This document shows, piece after piece, positions 45,258 to 54,946 of a stretch of DNA of 64,000 nucleotides (position 1 is the stretch's first letter; every line of letters starts with the position of its first letter). Position numbers and translations under genes: made by a program. The notes below the pieces were generated by a model, which ran no database searches, was not told where the DNA came from, and was given only the letters and a program-made list of their open reading frames with translations. This DNA is from Gammaproteobacteria bacterium (GTDB taxonomy: Bacteria; Pseudomonadota; Gammaproteobacteria; Arenicellales; JAJDZL01), in assembly GCA_022823625.1 (NCBI GenBank), contig JAJEHQ010000011.1, positions 132,077 through 196,076 of the forward strand. The letters run 5' to 3'.

Positions 45258-46082
45258 ATGAAACTAAGAAACCTATTCGTTACGATCTTTACAGCTTTTG
45301 CGCTTGCATTTTCAGCTATGGCCGGAGCGGCATCGCAGGAGTTGGCTGCTGAAAGTGTCTTGGAAGAGGTCAAAAAGCGCGGTTCTCTTCGAGTTGGCAT
45401 GTCCACCTTTGTACCATGGGCGATGCGAGACAAGAAAGGCGACTTGATTGGTTTTGAGATCGATGTTGCAACAAAGGTTGCTGAAGACATGGGTGTGGAA
45501 GTCGAATTTGTTCCCACTGCTTGGTCTGGAATCATTCCCGCTTTGATTGCTCGAAAGTTTGACGTAATTATTGGTGGTATGTCGATTACTCCAGGAAGAA
45601 ATCTGACTGTAAATTTCACAGCACCATATGCGCATTCTGGACAACAGATGGTCGCAAATATCGAGTTGGCAGAAGGATTTGCAGTCGAAGACTTTAACGC
45701 CTCAGACGTAACAATTGCATGTCGTCGCGGCGCGACACCCTGTAATGCAGCGCAAGAACTCTTTCCGAAGGCAAGCCTTGCTCGCTTCGATGATGATGCT
45801 CAGGCATTTCAGGAAGTTGTCAATGGTAATGCACATGCAATGATTTCATCGGCACCAAAGCCTCGCTTTTGGATGGGCAACTACCCAGGCAAGCTTTTCA
45901 TGCCAACTGATGAAAACCTGACGACGGGAGATGAAGCCTTTGCACTCCGTAAGGGAGACCCGGATGCGCTCAATTTCTTCAGCAACTGGATTGTCGTAAA
46001 CACGAGCAACGGTTGGCTGAAAGAACGCCATGATTTCTGGTTTAAGGCACAGACTTGGAAAGACCAGGTTGAAGAACAGTAA
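45258..46082 (+). CDS. Polar amino acid/opine-type periplasmic binding protein (family 3)
   Basis: Signal peptide MKLRNLFVTIFTAFALAFSAMAGA, plus GFEIDVA and FDVIIGGMSITPGR motifs. Confidence 0.85.
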   Translation: MKLRNLFVTIFTAFALAFSAMAGAASQELAAESVLEEVKKRGSLRVGMSTFVPWAMRDKKGDLIGFEIDVATKVAEDMGVEVEFVPTAWSGIIPALIARKFDVIIGGMSITPGRNLTVNFTAPYAHSGQQMVANIELAEGFAVEDFNASDVTIACRRGATPCNAAQELFPKASLARFDDDAQAFQEVVNGNAHAMISSAPKPRFWMGNYPGKLFMPTDENLTTGDEAFALRKGDPDALNFFSNWIVVNTSNGWLKERHDFWFKAQTWKDQVEEQ

Positions 46083-46100
46083 GGTTGTTTGATTTTTGTG

Positions 46101-46125
46101 TTTCCCCGGTAACTCGCCGGGGAAA
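46101..46125 (+). terminator. Intra-operon hairpin after the binding-protein gene (possible attenuator or partial terminator)
   Basis: TTTCCCCGG-taactcg-CCGGGGAAA, a perfect 9-bp GC-rich stem 19 nt after the stop. The downstream T-tract is weak (TACATAATTTCC). Confidence 0.45.
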
Positions 46126-46152
46126 TACATAATTTCCAATTGATTGTTTGAC

Positions 46153-47064
46153 ATGAATGAAGTTCGACTACGGCCTCCGGCTGAAAAAACCAGGCGAGTC
46201 ACCCTGCTCGATATCGCAATAATCAGCGTTGTCGTTGCAGTGTTGGTATACACCTATTACCGGGTGGAGCACGTCCTGGTCTATACCTGGGATTGGCCGC
46301 TGGTTTTCGAGTACGTCATTCGAGTTGACGAAATAACTGGTGAAATATTCCCCAATTTGTTTCTGAAGGGTGTCGCGATGACGCTGCGTCTCGCATTTTG
46401 GGGGACCATCATTGCCGCCGTAATCGGAATCGTCATGGGCCTGTGTCGGGTCAGTAACAACCTGTTCCTGAAACTTGGCAGCCGACTGTACGTGGAACTG
46501 ATCCGCAACATTCCGCCGGTTGTTTTCATTTTCGTCTTTTACTTCTTTATCAGCAGTCAAATTATTCCTCTGTTGGGACTGGATAGAATTGAGCAAACGT
46601 TTTCGCCGGGAACTCTTGCGGTAATGGAGGTGTTGTTCGGCCCCACTGATTTGTTCAACAACTTTCTTGCTGGGCTCATCTGTCTGGCGGTTTTTGAAGG
46701 TGCATACATCACTGAAATTGTGCGGGCAGGAATTCAATCCATTGACAAGGGCCAGTGGGAAGCCGCTCGTGCAATTGGACTTTCGCGCTTTCGTGTTCTA
46801 AGCGACATCATCATGCCACAGGCGTTGCGGACGATCCTGCCGCCATTGGCTGGACAATTTATTACGCTGGTAAAGGATTCGAGTATCGTGTCGTTGATCT
46901 CAGTTCAGGAATTGACTTTTCTTACTCAGGATGTTTCCAATACCACGACCCACTTTTTCGAAGCCTGGATGATTACCGCTGCCTTGTATTTCATGATGTG
47001 TTTTCCGTTAGCGGTATTGTTCCAGAGATTTGAGCGATTCGGCTTGGGTATTCAAAGAAACTAG
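46153..47064 (+). CDS. Polar amino acid ABC transporter permease with N-terminal extension
   Basis: EAA loop [28 protein letters not shown] at 46153, three codons inside the TTG-started track ORF. Confidence 0.85.
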   Translation: MNEVRLRPPAEKTRRVTLLDIAIISVVVAVLVYTYYRVEHVLVYTWDWPLVFEYVIRVDEITGEIFPNLFLKGVAMTLRLAFWGTIIAAVIGIVMGLCRVSNNLFLKLGSRLYVELIRNIPPVVFIFVFYFFISSQIIPLLGLDRIEQTFSPGTLAVMEVLFGPTDLFNNFLAGLICLAVFEGAYITEIVRAGIQSIDKGQWEAARAIGLSRFRVLSDIIMPQALRTILPPLAGQFITLVKDSSIVSLISVQELTFLTQDVSNTTTHFFEAWMITAALYFMMCFPLAVLFQRFERFGLGIQRN

Positions 47065-47074
47065 GAGTGTTGAT

Positions 47075-47851
47075 ATGTCAGACCATACAGAAAATAAAAA
47101 TTCCGACCCGTCTCGCAAGGAACTTTTGAAGTTCGTTAACGTAGGCAAATGGTACGGTGATTTTTGTGCGCTATGGGACATCAACCTGACTGTTCATGCA
47201 GGTGAACGAGTGGTCGTTTGTGGCCCTTCCGGTTCTGGTAAATCAACGATGATACGGTGTGTCAACCAGCTTGAAACCTTTGAAGCTGGTGAAATTCTGA
47301 TTGACGGAGTTGTCGTCCAAACTGACCCGAAGTCTTTGCAGACCATTCGCCGTAAAGTCGGAATGGTGTTTCAGAACTTCAATCTATTTCCGCACATCAC
47401 AGTAATTCAGAACCTCATGTTGGGGCCAATCCGTAATTTAAAAGTATCAAAAAAAGAAGCGGAAGAAAGAGCGATGCGCTATTTGGAAAAGGTTCGCATT
47501 GCTGAGCAGGCTAAGAAATACCCCAGTCAACTGTCTGGTGGTCAGCAGCAGCGCGTTGCGATTGCACGGTCGTTATGTATGCACCCGGAGGTGATGCTGT
47601 TCGATGAACCGACATCTGCCCTTGACCCTGAAATGATTTCTGGCGTATTGGACATTATGGTGGAGTTGGCGGAAGGCGGAATGACGATGATGGTGGTCAC
47701 GCACGAGATGGGATTTGCCAAGCAGGTTGCAGATACGATGGTCTTCATGGACCATGGTGAAATTGTTGAAGTAGCGCCTCCAAATGAATTTTTCACCAAC
47801 CCCAAGAGCGAGCGAACCGAGCTTTTTCTCAGCCAGATATTGCAGCACTGA
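47075..47851 (+). CDS. Polar amino acid ABC transporter ATP-binding protein (HisP/GlnQ-like)
   Basis: [37 protein letters not shown] at 47063-47067 precedes the ATG at 47075. Confidence 0.9.
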   Translation: MSDHTENKNSDPSRKELLKFVNVGKWYGDFCALWDINLTVHAGERVVVCGPSGSGKSTMIRCVNQLETFEAGEILIDGVVVQTDPKSLQTIRRKVGMVFQNFNLFPHITVIQNLMLGPIRNLKVSKKEAEERAMRYLEKVRIAEQAKKYPSQLSGGQQQRVAIARSLCMHPEVMLFDEPTSALDPEMISGVLDIMVELAEGGMTMMVVTHEMGFAKQVADTMVFMDHGEIVEVAPPNEFFTNPKSERTELFLSQILQH

Positions 47852-47856
47852 CTGCT

Positions 47857-49119
47857 GTGCGCTCAGATCAACGTTATTCAATATTCACTCTGATTGGTGG
47901 CGCAGTTCGCGCTCACAGGCATTGGAAACCAGCTTGGCGAAATCCGCAGCCTAAGACGCACTACGATGTAGTCATCATCGGTGGCGGTGGGCATGGTCTC
48001 GCAACCGCCTATTATCTGGCGAAAAACCACGGTATCCACAATGTCGCTGTGGTCGAAAGAAACTGGATTGGTGGCGGTAACAGTGGTCGTAATACTGCAG
48101 TTGTTCGATCCAATTACCTTCGTGATATCAGCATTCAATTCTTTGACAAGTCGCTGCAGCTCTATGAAGGACTGAGTCGGGAACTCAACTACAACATCAT
48201 GCTCAGCCAGCGTAGTGAAGTCGATGTGCTGCTGACTACCGTGAGTATGCGCAACATGAGAAGACGCGCACTCAACATGAATCGATTGGGTATCGAGTTT
48301 CAGATGCTGACGCCCGATCAGGTGAGGGAGAGAATTCCGATTCTGGCTCCTATGGAAAACTGCCGCTTGCCCATTCTAGGTGGTTCAATTCAGGAACGTG
48401 CCGGTATTGCCAGGCATGATGCAATTGTATGGGGCTATGCAAGAGGTGCTGACTCTTACGGTGTCGACATTATTCAGAATGCCGAAGTTACGGCCATCCG
48501 CCGTGGCAATGATGGCGCAGTCGCTGAAATTGAGACAAGTCGAGGGCGAATAAAGGCCAACAAAATAGCGATTGCAACTGGTAATGAGAACGCTGCAGTG
48601 GCGAGTCTGGTCGATTTGAGACTCCCGCTTCGCTGCTATAACCTACAGGCATTCGTATCTGAACCGATCAAACCGGTTCTTGATGTTGTCGTCAATTGCC
48701 CTGATTTAGGGGTATATCTCAGCCATTCCGATAAAGGAGAGTTGGTGATTGGTGGAGCGACGGATGCGCAGCAGATTTCATTTCGAAAGGGTGGTAAGTT
48801 TCCAATGCTGGAAGACACCATTTCGGGATTACTTGAACTTTTTCCTTCTTTCCGACGGCTCAAGTTGATGCGGCAATGGGGCGGCGCCCTGGAATTTGCT
48901 CAGGATGGCAGTCCGATAGTTTCCTTAACTGATGTTAAAGGATTCTACGTCAGTGCCGGTTGGTGGGGTGGATTCAAGGCCATTCCTGCTGGTGGTATGA
49001 CATTTGCGCACTTAATCGCCCGCGATGAGCCACACCAGCTGGCGGCGGGATACGGGATGGAAAGATTCTCCACATTGAATTATCTGCTTGAAGGTGGGAC
49101 GACGGTTCCGACCGATTGA
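47857..49119 (+). CDS. soxB: Heterotetrameric sarcosine oxidase family, beta subunit
   Basis: RYSIF...HRHWKPAWRNPQPKTHYDVVIIGGGGHGLATAYYLAK is the canonical SoxB N-terminus. The GTG start lies 5 nt after the ATPase stop. Confidence 0.85.
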   Translation: MRSDQRYSIFTLIGGAVRAHRHWKPAWRNPQPKTHYDVVIIGGGGHGLATAYYLAKNHGIHNVAVVERNWIGGGNSGRNTAVVRSNYLRDISIQFFDKSLQLYEGLSRELNYNIMLSQRSEVDVLLTTVSMRNMRRRALNMNRLGIEFQMLTPDQVRERIPILAPMENCRLPILGGSIQERAGIARHDAIVWGYARGADSYGVDIIQNAEVTAIRRGNDGAVAEIETSRGRIKANKIAIATGNENAAVASLVDLRLPLRCYNLQAFVSEPIKPVLDVVVNCPDLGVYLSHSDKGELVIGGATDAQQISFRKGGKFPMLEDTISGLLELFPSFRRLKLMRQWGGALEFAQDGSPIVSLTDVKGFYVSAGWWGGFKAIPAGGMTFAHLIARDEPHQLAAGYGMERFSTLNYLLEGGTTVPTD

Positions 49120-49210
49120 GTGTTTTATGCTGTACTAACCGAATAGTGTTCACAAAATTGGATTCTGTCCGATCAAAATTATCCGATTCGCTGATAAGGA
49201 TAGCCATTCG

Positions 49211-49465
49211 ATGTTATTAATCCATTGTCCATGGTGTGGAGTACGCGCTGAGTCGGAGTTCAGGTGTACGGGTCAAGTGAAGCCGCCGCGCAGTGAGTTT
49301 GTACATAAAAGCGATGAAGCCTGGCTTGAATACCTCTATCAGGCGGACAATCGCCGCGGAATTTTAGAAGAATACTGGTGTCATGAAAAAGGATGTGGCC
49401 AGTGGTTTAAGCTTCGGCGCGATACCACAACGCATGAGATCATGGATGGGGATACGGACTCATGA
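49211..49465 (+). CDS. soxD: Sarcosine oxidase family, delta subunit
   Basis: MLLIHCPWCGVRAESEF... has Zn-ribbon-type Cys/His. 84 aa. Its stop overlaps the soxA start. Confidence 0.85.
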   Translation: MLLIHCPWCGVRAESEFRCTGQVKPPRSEFVHKSDEAWLEYLYQADNRRGILEEYWCHEKGCGQWFKLRRDTTTHEIMDGDTDS

Positions 49466-52431
49466 GTCGAGCAAATTCAAAAAGGCTCCATTTTGGCGGT
49501 TACATTGATCGAACGCAAAGCCTGAAATTTAAGTTCAATGGCAGAGACTATGTCGGATTTCAGGGCGACACACTCGCTTCGGCACTCATGGCAAACGGAG
49601 TTAACGTCCTTTCGAGAAGCTTCAAATATCACCGCCCGCGTGGAGTCCAAAATCGCGGGTATGCCGACGTTACCTCACTTGTACAGATTGCAGGGAAAAA
49701 TGAATCTCCCAATGTTCTTGCCAGCGTTCAGCCACTTTACGAAGGCCTCGAAGCGTTCAGTGTGAACTGCTGGCCGAGCGTCAGTTTCGACATTGGTTCG
49801 ATTTTCGGAGCGTTTTCCCCGATTCTTCCAGCGGGTTTTTACTACAAGACATTCATGTGGCCCAACTGGCATTTATTTGAGCCGCTGATCCGGCGTGCTG
49901 CCGGTTTCGGGAAAGCACCCAGTCAGGCGCCTGCTGGTCAATTCCTGAACCGGTTTGATTATTGCGATATTTTGGTGATCGGTGCTGGTCCTGCCGGACT
50001 TCTGGCGGCTTTGACCGCGGCGAAGTCCGGGGCACGGACTGTGATTATTGATGAAATGACTCAGCCCGGTGGCAGTTTGCTATACAGCAAGACAGAACTT
50101 GAGGGGCAGCTTGCAATCGATTGGATAGCCCGTACAGTTGATGAACTGAAAAGCATGGATCACGCAACCTGCCTTTGGAATTCAACGGCCTGGGGCTACC
50201 AGGAAGGGAACATGGTGTGCGTTTCGGAACGTGACCCGAAACCCGCAGAGTTGATTGGTCGAAATTGGAAAATTTGGGCGAAACAGGTCATACTGGCAAC
50301 GGGCGCAATCGAACGGCCAATCGTCTTTGAAAACAATGACGTGCCTGGTGTGATGCTTTGTTCTGCAGTGATGGAAGCGATTCAGACGTACGGAGTGGTT
50401 CCTGGGAAAAAGGCGGTACTGTTCACCAACAATAGCAGTGCTTACGACATTCTGCCGTATCTGCAAGTAGCAGGTATTGAACTGGCCGCCATTGTGGATA
50501 CGCGCAGTGATGTTGAATTGGATACTGTTATTGGGACGGATGACTCAAATGTCGAGGTTCTACAGGGAGCTTCTATCCAACTGGTGATACGCGCAGGTAG
50601 ACGAGTCAGGGGTGTTGTAGTCCATGCTCAGGACAGTTCCGGCAAAGAGAAAGTGGGCAAAATCGAATGTGACTTGGTCTGCGTTTCGGGTGGCTGGAAT
50701 CCCAGTGTTCATCTCTTCTCTCAATCGCGCGGGACTCTTCGCTATGATGACAATATTGCATCATTTGTTCCAGATCAGGCGATTCAGGCGACACTCTGCG
50801 CGGGTGCCATAACTGGCGAAATGTCGTTAGCAGGCAGTCTGAAATCTGCGGTGCAAATCGGGTCGAAGGCATTGTCAAGAATTGGGATTGAGGCGGCACC
50901 GATTTCGATTCCAGAGGTGACAAACGGCGATCACACTAACTATCAAGTTGATGCGTTCTGGAGTTCAACTGCTGGTCATAAGCGCGTCAAGGCGTTTGTC
51001 GATTTTGCAGGAGATGTGACCGTTTTCGATTTGAAACTCGCCATTCAGGAGGGATTCGATGAGATTGAGCACCTGAAACGCTACACAACCACAGGCATGG
51101 GACTCGATCAGGGAAAAACAGCCAATGTCAATGCGATCGGGATTATTGCCTTTCATCTGGATTGCCATCCATCAGAAGTTGGCACGACAACTTTTCGACC
51201 GCCCTACACACCAGTTGAATTTGGCTCGATTGCTGGAAGTCAAGCGGGTGATGTAGTATTGCCTTACCGCCATACACCGATGACGCATTGGCACAAAGAG
51301 TACGGTGCGGTGATGTACGAAGCAGGAGCCAGGTGGCGGCGTCCTGGTTATTACCTGAAGGAAGGTGAGTCCATGAATGAAGCGATCAATCGCGAGTGTT
51401 ATGCGGTGAGAAATCATGTTGGAATTTACGATGGCTCACCACTCGGCAAATTTATCATTCGGGGCAAGGATACTGAGAAACTACTCAATCTCATCTATAC
51501 AAACAGTTTTAACGGATTAAAACCGGGTCAGGGCAAATACGGGTTAATGCTCAATGAAGAGGGGCTGATTTTTGATGATGGTGTCACCTTTCGAATTGAT
51601 GATGATCAATACCTCTTGTCTTGTTCTACTGGCGGTGCACCAGCGGTAGAGCGTAAGGTTGATAAGCTGATTAATGTCGAGTGCCCTGAATTGAAAGTGA
51701 TCATCACTCCGGTAACCTCTCAGTGGGCGAACGCGACGGTCTGCGGACCTTTGGCAAGACAGATGCTTCAATCCACAGAATCAGACATCGATTGGTCACG
51801 AGAAGCCCTACCATTCATGCATGTCGTGGAAGGCATCATCGCCGGAATGCCAGTCAGGGTGTTTCGGGTCAGTTTCACTGGGGAGTTGAGTTTTGAGATC
51901 AACACACCTTCGAGGTACGGGCTCAAGCTTTGGAGGTATCTAATCGAAGTCGGGCAGAATTGGGATATCTGCCCAGTTGGGTCGGAAGCCAATCACGTCC
52001 TTCGAGTCGAAAAAGGATTTTTGTCTCTGGCTCATGAGGTTGACGGGACAGTCGATCCAATTGACTTGGGACACGGTTGGATCGTGAGTCGGAAAAAGAA
52101 AGACTTCATTGGCAAACGCTCAATGGAGATTCGTCGACAGAACCAGCCAGTTCGGCAGGAACTCGTTGGTTTACTGCCAAAAGACTCGAAGCAACTGATT
52201 TCGGAAGGAGCACCCATAGCACCAGCGAACAAACAGGAGTTGTCAGATGGGTTTGTTTCTGCTTGTGTATGGAGTGGGGTCTTGGAACGCACAATTGCGC
52301 TTGGAGTACTTACGGACGGGCGTTCCAGATTTGGCGAGACGGTACTTGCTTGGGAACAAGGTGAACCGCTGCCTCTAGAGGTCACACGCCCGATATTCTA
52401 TGATGCTGAGGGGATAAGGCTGAGGATGTGA
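49462..52431 (+). CDS. soxA: Sarcosine oxidase family, alpha subunit
   Basis: 989 aa. It has a dinucleotide-binding ILVIGAGPAGLLAALTAAKSG and a C-terminal GcvT-like folate-binding domain (HVGIYDGSPLGKF...). Confidence 0.85.
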   Translation: MSRANSKRLHFGGYIDRTQSLKFKFNGRDYVGFQGDTLASALMANGVNVLSRSFKYHRPRGVQNRGYADVTSLVQIAGKNESPNVLASVQPLYEGLEAFSVNCWPSVSFDIGSIFGAFSPILPAGFYYKTFMWPNWHLFEPLIRRAAGFGKAPSQAPAGQFLNRFDYCDILVIGAGPAGLLAALTAAKSGARTVIIDEMTQPGGSLLYSKTELEGQLAIDWIARTVDELKSMDHATCLWNSTAWGYQEGNMVCVSERDPKPAELIGRNWKIWAKQVILATGAIERPIVFENNDVPGVMLCSAVMEAIQTYGVVPGKKAVLFTNNSSAYDILPYLQVAGIELAAIVDTRSDVELDTVIGTDDSNVEVLQGASIQLVIRAGRRVRGVVVHAQDSSGKEKVGKIECDLVCVSGGWNPSVHLFSQSRGTLRYDDNIASFVPDQAIQATLCAGAITGEMSLAGSLKSAVQIGSKALSRIGIEAAPISIPEVTNGDHTNYQVDAFWSSTAGHKRVKAFVDFAGDVTVFDLKLAIQEGFDEIEHLKRYTTTGMGLDQGKTANVNAIGIIAFHLDCHPSEVGTTTFRPPYTPVEFGSIAGSQAGDVVLPYRHTPMTHWHKEYGAVMYEAGARWRRPGYYLKEGESMNEAINRECYAVRNHVGIYDGSPLGKFIIRGKDTEKLLNLIYTNSFNGLKPGQGKYGLMLNEEGLIFDDGVTFRIDDDQYLLSCSTGGAPAVERKVDKLINVECPELKVIITPVTSQWANATVCGPLARQMLQSTESDIDWSREALPFMHVVEGIIAGMPVRVFRVSFTGELSFEINTPSRYGLKLWRYLIEVGQNWDICPVGSEANHVLRVEKGFLSLAHEVDGTVDPIDLGHGWIVSRKKKDFIGKRSMEIRRQNQPVRQELVGLLPKDSKQLISEGAPIAPANKQELSDGFVSACVWSGVLERTIALGVLTDGRSRFGETVLAWEQGEPLPLEVTRPIFYDAEGIRLRM

Positions 52432-52952
52432 ACATGGGATACTCGGTGGAAATCACATCCATGGATCAAGAAGCCATGTTTGATGTTCAGTGCATCAGGC
52501 CGATTCTGGATGACTTTGTTGCGCGTTTCAGCCTGGAGGTATCCTCGGACACCGATGAATTTTTATCATCTGTAGAGTTTAATATTCTTAGGCTTGGACC
52601 AAGACGGGTGCTGATCCAGTCTTCACTTAGAGATGAGTATCAGATTGAATACAGGGCCGCGAGTTGCAATAGTGACCCGAAGAATCTGAGTGTCGTCAAT
52701 GTTTCAGATCTATATCTTGGAATTCAACTGGCCGGCACTGACGCGCTGGAAGTCCTGGCGCATGCAGTTCCACTCAATCTTCACGAGTTTGCAATCGGCG
52801 ATTCAACTTTAACTGCAGTATTTTCAATTGCAGGTATCGTAACGCGCACTGCTGAAGAATCGTACTCACTTTATATTGATCGAAGTTATTTTGACTATGT
52901 ATGGTACCGTCTCCATGTCTGTGGACTCAAGAATCTGAGCGACCACGGCTAA
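52428..52952 (+). CDS. soxG: Sarcosine oxidase family, gamma subunit
   Basis: 174 aa. The call rests on position (a 4-nt overlap with soxA) and size. The sequence itself is poorly diagnostic. Confidence 0.65.
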   Translation: MNMGYSVEITSMDQEAMFDVQCIRPILDDFVARFSLEVSSDTDEFLSSVEFNILRLGPRRVLIQSSLRDEYQIEYRAASCNSDPKNLSVVNVSDLYLGIQLAGTDALEVLAHAVPLNLHEFAIGDSTLTAVFSIAGIVTRTAEESYSLYIDRSYFDYVWYRLHVCGLKNLSDHG

Positions 52953-53006
52953 ATTCACTCCGTATTCGTATACAAATAACAGCAATCCTTCGATCGAGAT
53001 TTAAAA

Positions 53007-53687
53007 ATGGTTTTGACGATACTGTTTGATTTTGATGGGGTGCTGGTGGACTCTATCGAAATTTTTTCCGAAGCTGTCAATGTTGCCGGTCGAAAATTAA
53101 AGCAGCCTGTTGCGTTTGTACCGGACGACCTGCGCAATATCAAACGCATGTCTATTGCAGAGATTGTTGAAGCCGCAAATGTTGACCCAAGTCTTTCACA
53201 AGAGTTCGTAGTTGAAATTGATCGGGCACTTTTTGATCGATACGAGCAGATCCAGCTTTTCCCAGAAATTGCCAGGGTCGTTCAACAACTGAGAGAAGTC
53301 GCAAAACTTGGCATTGTTTCAGCAACCTCTGTAGCAGTACTTCAAAGAGTTTTGGAGCATCAAGGAATCAAGCAGCACTTCGATGAAATCGTCGGTGGAG
53401 ATGTCCCGGGTACCAAAGCGCAAAAAATTCAACGCATCATTCTAAAGAACGGGTCGGATCAATCGAAGTCCTGTATGATTGGCGATACCGTCAGTGACAT
53501 GGAACAGGGCAAGGCGGCAGGAGTCGTAACGATTGCGGTCAGTTGGGGTTGGCATGCGATCGAGTGGATACGAATAGTTCAGCCAGATTACGAAGCCCAT
53601 CAACCGCAGGATTTAATTGACATTACCAGGCAGCATTTGCTGCCAAATCATTTGACGCCAAACTCATTGAAACATATGGTGAATTGA
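53007..53687 (+). CDS. HAD-superfamily hydrolase (phosphoglycolate phosphatase/beta-PGM-like subfamily IA)
   Basis: Motif I LFDFDGVLVDS, motif II VSATS, motif IV GDTVSD. Confidence 0.8.
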   Translation: MVLTILFDFDGVLVDSIEIFSEAVNVAGRKLKQPVAFVPDDLRNIKRMSIAEIVEAANVDPSLSQEFVVEIDRALFDRYEQIQLFPEIARVVQQLREVAKLGIVSATSVAVLQRVLEHQGIKQHFDEIVGGDVPGTKAQKIQRIILKNGSDQSKSCMIGDTVSDMEQGKAAGVVTIAVSWGWHAIEWIRIVQPDYEAHQPQDLIDITRQHLLPNHLTPNSLKHMVN

Positions 53688-53693
53688 AAATCA

Positions 53694-54827
53694 ATGAAAG
53701 ACAACAAAACCTTACTCGCTCAGGCCAATCACTACATCAATCCGTCAAGCGGTGGCATCGTTCCACCAATTGACCCTTCAGTTACATTCGCTCGCGATGA
53801 TGATCTGGAATTAATTGGAAACTATGTTTATGGACGCTACTCCAATCCTACCTATGAGCAGCTTGAAGGGATCATCTGTGAATTGGAGGGCGGGGAGAAA
53901 GCGTTGTTCTTTGCATCAGGTCTTGCAGCCATCGCTGCAGTGTTTGAGACCGTTAACATGGGTGAGCATATCGTAGCGCCGAAAGTGATGTATCACGGCA
54001 CGGTCGACTGGTTAAAGCGGATATCCGAAAAACGCAATATTGAGTTGACTTTGTTCGATCCCTCTGACCCCACCAATTTAACTCGCTCACTGATTCCTGG
54101 AAAAACAGCGATCGTCTGGATTGAGTCACCCATTAACCCGTCGTGGGATGTGATTGATATTGAAAAAGCAGCCGATGATACTCATGCAGCCGGTGCAATT
54201 TTGGGTGTCGATGGTACTGCAGCGTCTCCCATCTCGACACAGGCATTGAATCTAGGCGCTGATATCGTATTTCATTCTGCAACTAAATATCTGAATGGGC
54301 ACAGCGACCTTAATGCTGGGGTACTCGTGACTGGAGCGGTAAACAAGTGCTGGGAAGAAATCGTCGACGTTCGTCGACTGACAGGCGGCATATTGGGTTC
54401 ATTTGAGGCTTGGCTACTGTTGCGTGGCATGCGGACTCTATCGATCCGATGGCAACGTAGTTGCGAAAGTGCCATGCAAATTGCCGAGTTTCTGGAGGAA
54501 CATCCTGCAGTTGAAAGGGTGCTGTATCCAGGGTTACCGAGCCATCCCTCACACGAAATAGCCAAGCGTCAGATGACCAACGGATTTGGTGGGATGATGT
54601 CGCTGCAGATGAAAAGGGGTCAGGAAGCAGCGCGTGAATTCGTAACGCGGGCCAAGGTTTTTGTCAGAGCGACATCACTGGGTGGAGTGGAAAGTCTGAT
54701 TGAGCATCGAAGGACTGTTGAAGGACCACACAGTGAAGTACCAGTTAACCTGATTCGACTTTCAGTTGGAATAGAAAGCGTAGAGGATCTTATTGAAGAC
54801 TTGCGTCAGGCACTAGAAGGGCTGTGA
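53694..54827 (+). CDS. Cys/Met-metabolism PLP-dependent enzyme (cystathionine gamma-synthase/gamma-lyase/beta-lyase family)
   Basis: HSATKYLNGHSD (PLP-lysine signature) and SLGGVESL. 377 aa. Confidence 0.85.
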   Translation: MKDNKTLLAQANHYINPSSGGIVPPIDPSVTFARDDDLELIGNYVYGRYSNPTYEQLEGIICELEGGEKALFFASGLAAIAAVFETVNMGEHIVAPKVMYHGTVDWLKRISEKRNIELTLFDPSDPTNLTRSLIPGKTAIVWIESPINPSWDVIDIEKAADDTHAAGAILGVDGTAASPISTQALNLGADIVFHSATKYLNGHSDLNAGVLVTGAVNKCWEEIVDVRRLTGGILGSFEAWLLLRGMRTLSIRWQRSCESAMQIAEFLEEHPAVERVLYPGLPSHPSHEIAKRQMTNGFGGMMSLQMKRGQEAAREFVTRAKVFVRATSLGGVESLIEHRRTVEGPHSEVPVNLIRLSVGIESVEDLIEDLRQALEGL

Positions 54828-54946
54828 GCAGTTTCGCAGATTAGGCATGCTTTTGTCCTCGCTGTACGTAACCACCAGGGAATGAGTTACGGTCTGGCCT
54901 GAGCCAGTGATTTATTGACTTTTCCATACAGATAGAACGAAACAAA

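Noticed and set aside
46168-46737. Long antisense ORFs inside coding genes, for example 189 aa at 46168-46737, 164 aa at 37315-37809, 134 aa at 15667-16071 and 135 aa at 45846-46253.
   Set aside because: Each lies fully within a well-supported gene on the opposite strand. Their compositions are low-complexity or Arg/Ser/Cys-rich, which is typical of shadow ORFs.
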